NCBI GenBank assembly: GCA_038110665.1
Contig: JAYNJY010000001.1
Coordinates: forward strand, 1 to 39,683
Direction of reading: 5' to 3'
DNA length: 39,683 nt
From: Rhodospirillaceae bacterium
GTDB lineage: Bacteria; Pseudomonadota; Alphaproteobacteria; Rhodospirillales; Casp-alpha2
In this document: one piece after another, positions 31,628-39,683 of the stretch
Layout: the number at the start of each line of letters is the position of its first letter
How positions within the stretch are numbered: the first letter of the stretch is position 1
Made by a program: the position numbers and the translations under genes
The notes under the pieces: model-generated
What the model was told of the DNA's origin: nothing
Seen by the model: the letters and a program-made list of their open reading frames with translations, nothing else
Database searches by the model: none

Positions 31628-33252
31628 TGGCGCTGCCCGACGACAAGAAGGGCCAACGCATCTCGCTCCGCTTCGGCGCGGGCATCAACACGGCGCAATC
31701 CGAGACCGACATCGACGAACGCGAGTGCGCGGCCGGCAGCCAGAATTTCGGGCTGGCGATCAACGATTCGTTCTTCTCCGGGCGCAAGCCGTTCGACCTC
31801 GTGGCGACGGCGCCGAACGCCGCCGAGGTTCGAGGCTTCGCCCAACTGAAGAAGCAGAACGGCACCGTCTCGACGCTCGTCCAGGCCGGCTCCAACGTCT
31901 ATTCGTGGGACGGCAGCACGGGCTTCACCTTGGTCGGCACGGTGGCGGCCGGCGCCAAGCTGCGCGGCGCGCCGCACCGGCAGAACTGGACGCTCGACGA
32001 GTACGTCATCATCACCGACCTGGAACTGCGCCAGCCGGTCATGACCTGGGACGGCACGACGTTCGCCGAACTCGCCCATGACCTGACGGGCGATTTCTAC
32101 GCCAAATACTGCTTCGTGGAAGGAGAGGCTGCCTGGTTCGCCAACATCATCTCCGGCTCGACGCCGACGGCGACGCCGCACATGTTGGTGCGCAGCGAGG
32201 TCAGCAATCCGTTGAACCTGAGCGTCAGCGACCGGCCGTCGTCATCGCTCGGCGTCAGCGACCCGTTCTTCCTGCTGACGCCGGACCTGCGGCCGATCAA
32301 CGGTATCCTGGCCGCGTTCGGCGTCATCATCGTCTCGTCGCAGGATGGCCGCATCTACAAGATCACCGGCACGACGGCCAAGGACATGGATATCGCCCAG
32401 CTTTACGACGGCTCCGGCGCCGACGGCTCCGAGCCCATCGAACTCGTCGGCAACGACGTGTTCTACGGACGGGCCGGCGCCATCGAAAGCGTGTTCTCCG
32501 TCGACACCTTCGGCGACGTGGCGTCCGATGACATCAGCCGGCCGATCGCCGACATCGTCGAGGAATACGACGACTGGACGCTGGCCTTCAATCCGCGGCT
32601 GAAGAAGGTCTATTGCTTCGCCGCCGGCCGCCAGGAATGCCTCGTCTACCACAAGACCTTCCTGGACGATAAGCGCGACCGGATCGCGTCCAGGCGCGAG
32701 GCGCCGGACAATTCGGCGTGGTCGCGCTGGACGACGCGCCATTCGATGCAGTTCGAGCCATCCGTGGCGATGTTCATGCACCGGCCGACCGATGTCATCG
32801 AACAGGTGTATCTTGGCGGTGCCGCCGGCCAGATTTTCATGCTGGAGGGAACCGGCGGCCAGGACGGCGGCAGCGAGGACATCGAGTCCGTGCGCGTGTC
32901 GCGGGTCTTCCAGGCGCCGGGCGACAACGTCGGCTTCCAGATTTCCGGCTTCCTGTCGTACCGCAAGCAGTTCGCGGTTCCCCTGACGATCACGCTGATG
33001 TACGCCGGCATCCGGCAGGCCGATCAGGAAATCAGCCTGACCATGGAGGAGAACACCAATGCCCAGGTCTTCGGTGGCGACGCTTATTTCGGAGGAGACT
33101 TCTACTTCGGGGTCCTCTTTGAAGGACGCCTCACCCGAGATCAGTTCTCCGTCGCCGGCCTCTCCAGCGAGTTCCAGATCAAAATCGTCGCCGATGGAAA
33201 CCAGGAGTTCTCCATCGAACGGTGCCAGATCGAGTTCCCGACGGGCCGCTGA
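31627..33252 (+). CDS. tail nozzle / tubular B-like candidate (541 aa)
   Basis: Position after the adaptor-like gene. Beta-rich sequence. Confidence 0.45.
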   Translation: MALPDDKKGQRISLRFGAGINTAQSETDIDERECAAGSQNFGLAINDSFFSGRKPFDLVATAPNAAEVRGFAQLKKQNGTVSTLVQAGSNVYSWDGSTGFTLVGTVAAGAKLRGAPHRQNWTLDEYVIITDLELRQPVMTWDGTTFAELAHDLTGDFYAKYCFVEGEAAWFANIISGSTPTATPHMLVRSEVSNPLNLSVSDRPSSSLGVSDPFFLLTPDLRPINGILAAFGVIIVSSQDGRIYKITGTTAKDMDIAQLYDGSGADGSEPIELVGNDVFYGRAGAIESVFSVDTFGDVASDDISRPIADIVEEYDDWTLAFNPRLKKVYCFAAGRQECLVYHKTFLDDKRDRIASRREAPDNSAWSRWTTRHSMQFEPSVAMFMHRPTDVIEQVYLGGAAGQIFMLEGTGGQDGGSEDIESVRVSRVFQAPGDNVGFQISGFLSYRKQFAVPLTITLMYAGIRQADQEISLTMEENTNAQVFGGDAYFGGDFYFGVLFEGRLTRDQFSVAGLSSEFQIKIVADGNQEFSIERCQIEFPTGR

Positions 33253-33292
33253 CCTCGACCGGGCGCTGCGGCGCTCGCCGAGCGTTCAGGTC

Positions 33293-33781
33293 GTGAACGA
33301 AGACGACCTCTCCTGGCTCTACGCCGCGTACAAGAAGGGTTGCTTCGGCCCGCTGTTCGCGCCCGACATGCAGGGGGCGGAGTTCAAGGAAGACTGCGCC
33401 AAGTTCCTGATGAAGTGGCCGCACCGCTGGCTGGTGCGGGCACGCTACAAGGGCACACGGGAACTGCACCCGGTCGGCCTGATGGTGGCGACGTCGGATA
33501 TGCACCGGCTGTTCCCTCATGCCATCTGGTTCCCCTGGGCGACGCGGCGCAACATCCTGGAGGGCCTGCTGGGATTCCTGCGCGACGCCACCGAGGCCGG
33601 CTGGCTTGTGGTCATAGCCAGTGGGGATAAATTCCGCGATTTCTTTACGAAACTGATGCGCTATGGCATCGTCAAGCGCGTCGGCGTCATTCCGGGCTGG
33701 TTCGCGGACACGGAAGCCGCTGTCCACGCCATCGAAGGGTCGGGCACGGACGCGATGTTCTTTTACGCCCGGAAGAAGTAG
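33293..33781 (+). CDS. hypothetical protein (162 aa, GTG start)
   Basis: The part of the 240-aa track ORF upstream of 33252 overlaps the previous gene. GTG 33293 is the first usable start. Confidence 0.5.
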   Translation: MNEDDLSWLYAAYKKGCFGPLFAPDMQGAEFKEDCAKFLMKWPHRWLVRARYKGTRELHPVGLMVATSDMHRLFPHAIWFPWATRRNILEGLLGFLRDATEAGWLVVIASGDKFRDFFTKLMRYGIVKRVGVIPGWFADTEAAVHAIEGSGTDAMFFYARKK

Positions 33782-33790
33782 AGGGCCGCC

Positions 33791-34498
33791 ATGTCGTTCC
33801 TCAAGAACCTGTTCAGCAGCCCGGATCGGATCGACCAGCCGACGCAGGTCATCACGCCTGGGTACACGGTCGATGCCCGCGGCGGGATGACGCGCACCGG
33901 GCCGGCCAACGAGGCGTTCAATACCCGCTTCCCCCGGATGCTCGACGACTTCGACTCCCTGCGCGGCCAGTTGGCGCCGGGCTTCGGCGCGCTGACGGAA
34001 AGCCGGGTGGGCGCGGTGCGCGACGCCGGGGCGGCGGGTATCTCCAACCTGCGCGGCGACCTCGCGCGGCGGAAGATTCTCGGGTCGTCCTTCGCCTCCG
34101 ACGCCCTGTCGCGGGCCGAACTGGAAGTCGGCAAGGCGGTCGGCGAGGCCAAGGCGCAGTCGTTTCTGGAGGAACTGGAGGCCACGTCGAAGATTCTGGC
34201 TCAGGAATACAGCACGATCATCCAGGCCATGCAGGTCAACCTTCAGGAGTTGGGGGTCTCCTCGCAAAGCGTGGCGGCGCTGAACAATCTGGCGCTGGAG
34301 GCGCAGAACATCTACGCGCAGGAACTGGCCGGCCAGGGCAACCTGTTCGGCACCTTGACCGGCCTTGGGCTGTCGGCGTTCGGCCAGGGTGGCGCGTTCG
34401 GCGCCGAAGATCCGACGACCGCGCTGTTGCGTGAATTGCTGGCCGGCGGGGCCGGCGGCGGCGGTAGTTCTTCGTCCGTCCCGTGGGCAACGATTTAG
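33791..34498 (+). CDS. internal virion protein candidate (235 aa)
   Basis: First of three consecutive large, helical, A/G/Q-rich proteins before the fibre gene. Gly/Ser-rich C-terminus. Confidence 0.5.
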   Translation: MSFLKNLFSSPDRIDQPTQVITPGYTVDARGGMTRTGPANEAFNTRFPRMLDDFDSLRGQLAPGFGALTESRVGAVRDAGAAGISNLRGDLARRKILGSSFASDALSRAELEVGKAVGEAKAQSFLEELEATSKILAQEYSTIIQAMQVNLQELGVSSQSVAALNNLALEAQNIYAQELAGQGNLFGTLTGLGLSAFGQGGAFGAEDPTTALLRELLAGGAGGGGSSSSVPWATI

Positions 34499-34513
34499 GA
34501 AAGGTTGGGCGTG

Positions 34514-35833
34514 ATGGCACAGTACGGCGCCGCTGGCGGGTTCTCGGCTGGGCTGCAAGGCGGCCTCGACGCCGGCGCGCGCCTGAATGCCAATTCGCTG
34601 GCCGCGCGAGACGCCAAGGTCAAAAGCGCGCTGACGATGCGCGGGATGCAGATCGACGAAGCCAGGATACAGCAGGACGCCAAGAGCAAGGAGCAGGCGA
34701 AGTACAAGACCATGCTCGACGAGGTCTACACGGCTTGGCAGTCGGCTGTCGTGGCCGGCGGCCCACAGCGCGAACAGGCGCTTGCCAACGTCCAGAAGTA
34801 CATCTCCCCGCTGGATGTAGGCGGATCGAAGCCCGGCCCCAGCCCATTGCAGACGGCGGCGATCCTGGCTGGCCTGCCGCCCGCCGAGTTGGAGATGAAG
34901 TTCCGTAGCCTATTCAATGCGCCGACGGTGGCCGACGTGGAGGGCAGAAAGTCCGAGGCCACGACCGGGGGCAGGATTGATGCTGAATTGGCTAAGGCGC
35001 CGGATACCCGGGCCGCCGCCGCTGCGGAGGCCGAAGACGTTGCCGCCGCGACGGTCACTGGCCGCGTCGGGGCGGAGACTGCCAACCGTGGCGCCATCGC
35101 AGCCAATGCCGGCGCCGTCACTGCGGCCCAAGAAGGGGCGAAGACGCCAACCATCGTCGAGTTGCAGAACGCGCGGGACAAGGCCCTCGCCTTGGGGACT
35201 CCAGAGGGGGTGCGGCGCGCCTCCGAGATCGAGGGGGAGATCGCCGCACGAGCCGACCCTACCGGCGCCATCCGCACGGCCGGCATCGTCCCGGCGAAAG
35301 AGGTTCGCGTGGCGGCCGAGAACCTGCGCATCGGCATCCGCAACCTGAACGAGGTCATGAACCTCCAGGGCATGATCGAGAAGTCTCCGATGTCGGTGGG
35401 CTTTGTCGGCGGCGCCATCGAGAAAATCGACGGTATCGTCGGGCAATTGGAGACGGTGACGGGCCTTGATCTCCCCGCCATCGGCACGGACGAATTTAAC
35501 CAAGCGCGCACGCAGGCCCGCAGTGTCGTGACGCAGATGATTACGGGCATGGAAAGCGCGAAGCGGCTAACCGAGGGCGATATCCGGCGCGCAAATGAGC
35601 AGGTGAAGGTACTCGAATCTGCGTCCTCGATCCGGCAGGTGAAGAACGCCCTCCAGACCATCTCCGAAATCATGGACCGCGCCAACTTGGCGCAGGCCGA
35701 CCAGTACCTTGCCAACGTCGAACTCCTGACCGACAAGGGCGCCGAGGAGGCGTTCAGCACCCTTCGCAAGAACGGGATGTCGAAGGAGATGGCGACTGAC
35801 TACGTTGCCCGGCTGCAACTCCAGAGGCAGTGA
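34514..35833 (+). CDS. internal virion protein candidate (439 aa)
   Basis: ATG 34514 lies 9 nt after GGAAAGG. Helical, A/E/R-rich. Confidence 0.5.
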   Translation: MAQYGAAGGFSAGLQGGLDAGARLNANSLAARDAKVKSALTMRGMQIDEARIQQDAKSKEQAKYKTMLDEVYTAWQSAVVAGGPQREQALANVQKYISPLDVGGSKPGPSPLQTAAILAGLPPAELEMKFRSLFNAPTVADVEGRKSEATTGGRIDAELAKAPDTRAAAAAEAEDVAAATVTGRVGAETANRGAIAANAGAVTAAQEGAKTPTIVELQNARDKALALGTPEGVRRASEIEGEIAARADPTGAIRTAGIVPAKEVRVAAENLRIGIRNLNEVMNLQGMIEKSPMSVGFVGGAIEKIDGIVGQLETVTGLDLPAIGTDEFNQARTQARSVVTQMITGMESAKRLTEGDIRRANEQVKVLESASSIRQVKNALQTISEIMDRANLAQADQYLANVELLTDKGAEEAFSTLRKNGMSKEMATDYVARLQLQRQ

Positions 35834-38800
35834 TGGCTGAAGCCGACACCCTGGACGCCGCGGCCCCTGCCGAACCCTCCATCGCGGAGCAGATCAGGGC
35901 GCGCCGCGAGGTCATCGAAGCATCGGGCGGTGTCGCTGGCATCCGCGCCCGCCAGGAGGTCAGGGAGGTCACGCGAGAGGGGCAGATTGCCGAGTCGGTC
36001 GGTCAGGCGACGCTTGGCCCACCGGGGCTCCAGGACACCGGAGCGCGAGCCGACATCGGCCTCTCGAACAGCTTCATCGAGAAGAAGATGAAGTTCCACA
36101 GCTACTACCCGGAAGGCAACTTCATCGAAAAGCCGGACCCGATGGCGCCGTCGAATCCCATCATCCTTTTCCGGCCCAACCAGGAAACGCCGTTCGCCAA
36201 ATTCGACGCCGAGGCCATGGAAACCTTCGAGCCGTTCGGCGACCTCGCCGATATAGCGGGCGAGGTTCCGGCCGTCGTTCTGGAGGCGCTTGTCGGCAAG
36301 GGGAGAAGCGTCCTCGGCAGCATGCTCAGGAACTTCTGGGCGTCCACGACCGGCGATGCCATGCGCGAGGCCGTCGAGGACGCCCGCGGCTTCCAGAAAG
36401 ACGAGATCGACCAGATCATCGTGCGCGGAGTCGGGCAGGGCGCTTTTGCCGCTGCTGGCGTGGGGACGACGGTGGCTGTAAGCGGCCCCCTGAACTGGCT
36501 GCGTGGCGCCCCGGCCATCGGCGTCAAGGAGGGTGCCCAGCGCGCGCAGACCATGGCCGCCAATCTCGGCGTCCCCCGACTCCATCCGGGTCAGGTATCA
36601 GACTGGCCGTTGCTCCAGAAACTCACCGGGCAGGCCCGCGAGACGATGCCGGATCTCCAGCGGTACGAGCGCGATCAGCGGTCGGCGACATCGCGCGCCC
36701 TGCTCGGGCTGCGCGACGAGGACGTGAGCCGCGCGCTCGGCGACGACCTGTCGAAGTTGCACGACGACGCGCGCAAGCAGGTTGTCGAGGCGGCGATCAA
36801 GAATCCCCGCCATCTCAGCGAGGGCGGCTCCGCCATCCAGAATGGCATCAAGGAATACGAAGACCTCTCCCGCATGGCGGTGAACAAGAAATACGCCGAC
36901 GCCAGGGCGATTGAGACGCCGGACTTCGATCCGTCTTCGGCGCTGGCCGTGGCCAGGAACATCGAGGAGGAGGCCGCCGCCCTCGGCCGCGATCTCCCCA
37001 AGGACGTGACGGACGCCATCGCAAGCCTGCGGAACTTCGACCCGGCCGCCGAGCCGACGACGTTGAGTTCCGGCGTTGTCATCGACGCCACGGCCAAACT
37101 CCGCGCCATCCGAACCGACCTGTGGGACATGAAGACGCTTCCGGTCGGCGGCACGGCCACGCCGGAGCAGCGCCAGAGCGCGCGCCTCGCCGGGCAGCTT
37201 TACACGGCGATCGGTCGCGTCCTGGATGACCCGAAGAACACGACGCCGGAGTTCAGGAAGGCGTGGTCCGAGGCGGCCCAGGAAGCGTCCGCGCGCTTCA
37301 CCACCATGGAGAAACTGATCGTCGTCAAGGCGGCCAGGGACGAAACTCCGGCGCAACTCGCGCTGAGGCTCGCCAAGCCAAATCAGGTGGACAACCTGAG
37401 GACGCTGCGCGAGATCATGCCGGATGACAAATGGAAGGCGTTCACTGACGCGGCCATTTCCGACATGGTCGATTCCAGGAACATCAACAGCCTGGCCGGC
37501 CACCTTCGCTCCTTCGACAAGGAGACGCTGAACACGCTGCTGTCGCCGACGGAGCAGATCACGCTGAAGCAGGTTGCGGAGCGGATCGACCGGCTGAACG
37601 ACCTCGGGCTTCCCGACATGCTGGGGCGCCAAGCCCGGCGCGGCGACATCGCCTATGACCTTCTCGTCAAGGGCGACAGGGGGAAAACAAAGACGTTCAC
37701 GGAGATGATAGGCGCCAACCCGGCGGTGCGGAAGGAAGTCCGCGCCGGCCTGATCGACAGCCTGATCGCCAGGAACGTCGATACCGTCGAGGGCCTTCGC
37801 GTCATCAAATGGGAGCAGTACAACCGCGACCTGGACAAAATGCTCGACAACGGCGCCCTGAAGTTCCTTACCCCTAACGACGTGCGCGTCCTGCGCGACC
37901 TGAAGGTGGTGGGGCAATTTCTACCGGACGCCAGCGATGCCGGCACGTCCATAGCGGCGGCGAGCACGGCAAGCGGGATATTCAGGGGGCGCCCGACCGC
38001 CCTTCTGACGGCCGGCCGGCTGTGGGGCCTGGGCAGATTGCTGACGACGGAGTCCGGCCAACGGGCGTTGCTCGGTAGCGACAGGAAAGTTTTCCGCGGT
38101 GCGCAGTACCCTGCGCTGCGCGTCGCTGGCGCGATTGCCGCCGAACTGCTGAGTGATTTTAGCGGCGGGGAAGAGACTCCCGGCGCCCGTGAGGAACCAC
38201 AGGCCCCTGCCGAGATCGGCCAGCGGGACGCGTCCTCTGCTCAACAAGAATTGCGCGACATCGTCGGCGGCTCCGGCAGCGGACTGCGGGGCGGCGCCAA
38301 GGAGGACATTCTTTCGCTTGGTGCGGTAAAGGACAATGTCCCGGCCAATGCCAGGGCGTATGTTCTCGCCTTATCTGGCGGAAAGGGGCCGATTACAGAG
38401 AGTTTCTTTTCCGGGAGGGAAATCGACGGGCTAAAACAAATTGTCTCTGAGGCATTAAAGAAAGGGAAAAAATCAATTTCATATGAAGATTATACTATTC
38501 CAGGTGGGTGGGGGGCCTCAGTAAGTGCTGACGATGATACGGTGTCTGGCATTGTAGACAAAAGTTACAATAGTTTAACTTTCAATCTTATGACCACGCT
38601 TGGCGGGGCATCAATTTCAACATCTAAGTCCGGTGATGTTATCGTTAAGGACGTATATGACTTCAACTCCGCCGGCACTCCTCCGAGAAAAACAGAATTA
38701 AATTACAAAAACAATAATTGGTGGAAGGAAGGGATACCTGTCCGGGATATTTTTGACGCCTTTATCTCTGGGGAGAAAAGCGCCTATGAATCGCTGCGAT

Positions 38801-38928
38801 CACTAGGTGCGACTATCGGTCCGCTGGCGGGGCGGGATGATAAGGGCATCCCCGTGGAAATAAATTTGGGCAACCCAAAAGATTGGGCGACTAAAGACAC
38901 TGTCGTCGCATCAGAAAGCGGTAGGTAG
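35833..38928 (+). CDS. large internal/ejection-type virion protein (1031 aa) with a foreign low-GC C-terminal module
   Basis: TGATG coupling. The largest ORF, in the position of podovirus ejection proteins. A composition break occurs at about 38300. Confidence 0.6.
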   Translation: MAEADTLDAAAPAEPSIAEQIRARREVIEASGGVAGIRARQEVREVTREGQIAESVGQATLGPPGLQDTGARADIGLSNSFIEKKMKFHSYYPEGNFIEKPDPMAPSNPIILFRPNQETPFAKFDAEAMETFEPFGDLADIAGEVPAVVLEALVGKGRSVLGSMLRNFWASTTGDAMREAVEDARGFQKDEIDQIIVRGVGQGAFAAAGVGTTVAVSGPLNWLRGAPAIGVKEGAQRAQTMAANLGVPRLHPGQVSDWPLLQKLTGQARETMPDLQRYERDQRSATSRALLGLRDEDVSRALGDDLSKLHDDARKQVVEAAIKNPRHLSEGGSAIQNGIKEYEDLSRMAVNKKYADARAIETPDFDPSSALAVARNIEEEAAALGRDLPKDVTDAIASLRNFDPAAEPTTLSSGVVIDATAKLRAIRTDLWDMKTLPVGGTATPEQRQSARLAGQLYTAIGRVLDDPKNTTPEFRKAWSEAAQEASARFTTMEKLIVVKAARDETPAQLALRLAKPNQVDNLRTLREIMPDDKWKAFTDAAISDMVDSRNINSLAGHLRSFDKETLNTLLSPTEQITLKQVAERIDRLNDLGLPDMLGRQARRGDIAYDLLVKGDRGKTKTFTEMIGANPAVRKEVRAGLIDSLIARNVDTVEGLRVIKWEQYNRDLDKMLDNGALKFLTPNDVRVLRDLKVVGQFLPDASDAGTSIAAASTASGIFRGRPTALLTAGRLWGLGRLLTTESGQRALLGSDRKVFRGAQYPALRVAGAIAAELLSDFSGGEETPGAREEPQAPAEIGQRDASSAQQELRDIVGGSGSGLRGGAKEDILSLGAVKDNVPANARAYVLALSGGKGPITESFFSGREIDGLKQIVSEALKKGKKSISYEDYTIPGGWGASVSADDDTVSGIVDKSYNSLTFNLMTTLGGASISTSKSGDVIVKDVYDFNSAGTPPRKTELNYKNNNWWKEGIPVRDIFDAFISGEKSAYESLRSLGATIGPLAGRDDKGIPVEINLGNPKDWATKDTVVASESGR

Positions 38929-38930
38929 CC

Positions 38931-39683
38931 ATGACCGGCCCCAGCACGTCCCCGTACACGCCGCCGTCCGAAGGCAGCTACAACGCCAGCCCGCCGCCCG
39001 ACGACGGCAGCCAGACGGAAGCCAACCGCATCAAGTGGTCGACGATCAAGACCAAGCTCGCGGACATCATCCGCACGTTCGCGCTGGCCGTCGATACCGC
39101 CGTCACCACCATGGCGGCGAAGACGGTCAACACCGACGACGGCGTGGCCAACGAGATCGGCGGCAACATCGGCTTCGAGGCCGACGAACTGACCATCGCC
39201 ACCGGCGCCATCGTGCCGAACCGCAGTCACCATACTGTCGACACCGAATCGGACGCGGCGAGCGACGACCTCGACACGATCACCAACACCAGCATGGCGG
39301 CCAGCGCGATCCTGATCCTGCGCGCCTCCCATACCGACCGCACGGTGGTCATCAAGCACGGCACCGGCAACATCTACCTGGTCGGCAACATCGACTTCAG
39401 CCTGGACGACACCGACAAGGTCATTGTCCTGCACCGGCGCGGCACCGACTGGTTCGAGCTTGCCCGCGCGGCGTCGAACACGCTTGACGTTCAGGTCTTC
39501 ACGGCGTCGGGCACCTGGACCAAGCCGGCCAGCGGCACGTTCGCCATGGTCGAAGTATGGGGTGCTGGTGCCTCCGGCGGCCAGGGGTCGAACGGCAACG
39601 CCTTCGGCGGCGGTGGCGGCGGCGCCTATAACATGGCGACGTTCCGTTTGACGGACCTGGGCGCCACCGAGACAGTCACTATC
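38931..39683 (+). CDS. N-terminal 251 codons of the glycine-rich tail/fibre-type protein (open at the window end, continues at 1..189)
   Basis: ATG 38931 lies 2 nt after the previous stop. VQVFTASGTWTKPASGTFAMVEVWGAGASGG...GGGGGGAYNMATFRL...TETVTI is the typical start of phage glycine-rich fibre domains. No stop before 39683. Confidence 0.7.
   Translation, partial: MTGPSTSPYTPPSEGSYNASPPPDDGSQTEANRIKWSTIKTKLADIIRTFALAVDTAVTTMAAKTVNTDDGVANEIGGNIGFEADELTIATGAIVPNRSHHTVDTESDAASDDLDTITNTSMAASAILILRASHTDRTVVIKHGTGNIYLVGNIDFSLDDTDKVIVLHRRGTDWFELARAASNTLDVQVFTASGTWTKPASGTFAMVEVWGAGASGGQGSNGNAFGGGGGGAYNMATFRLTDLGATETVTI

Noticed and set aside
1-39683. CRISPR array, diversity-generating retroelement, retron, toxin-antitoxin pair, tRNA or rRNA genes
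   Set aside because: I saw no regularly spaced direct repeats with unique spacers, no reverse-transcriptase-like ORF (no YxDD motif), no template/variable repeat pair, no recognisable TA modules and no cloverleaf candidates. This absence is based on reading only, not on tool output.

Overview
This high-GC (roughly two-thirds G+C by eye) 39,683-bp window reads as one complete tailed-phage genome, not a chromosomal segment. The ORF left open at the 3-prime end (38931..39683, a glycine-rich tail/fibre-type protein) continues in phase at base 1 and stops at 187..189, so the window closes on itself.

Layout:
(i) Late arm, + strand. It runs from a TerS-like gene (16472) through an HNH endonuclease and about 17 small ORFs to a promoter-to-terminator moron with two signal-peptide proteins. 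Next comes TerL (23458..26079), split in its Walker A loop by a 363-aa class-3-type intein carrying a LAGLIDADG endonuclease. Then follow portal, scaffold, major capsid plus terminator, adaptor/nozzle-like proteins and three large internal/ejection-type proteins. The last of these ends in an abrupt low-GC C-terminal module. Fibre genes wrap through base 1, followed by a Wzy_C/O-antigen-ligase-like membrane protein, more fibre/receptor-binding candidates and a lysis cassette (SLT-type endolysin, holin, overlapped i-/o-spanins).
(ii) Early region 8399..16440, with alternating transcription units:
- a leftward recombination module (HTH, Zn-ribbon, PD-(D/E)XK exonuclease, Sak4-like ATPase);
- a rightward replication module (small regulator, RuvC-like resolvase, RepA/AAA_25-like ATPase);
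- a leftward operon of small genes with several single-pass micro-proteins;
- an AT-rich, repeat-laden non-coding hub of about 450 bp.

I saw no tail tube, sheath or tape-measure genes, so the virion module looks podovirus-like. I also saw no integrase, transposase, partition genes, tRNA, rRNA or CRISPR array. All functional calls rest on motif recognition, synteny and hand-checked codon statistics, not on database searches. Start codons are often ambiguous by a few codons.
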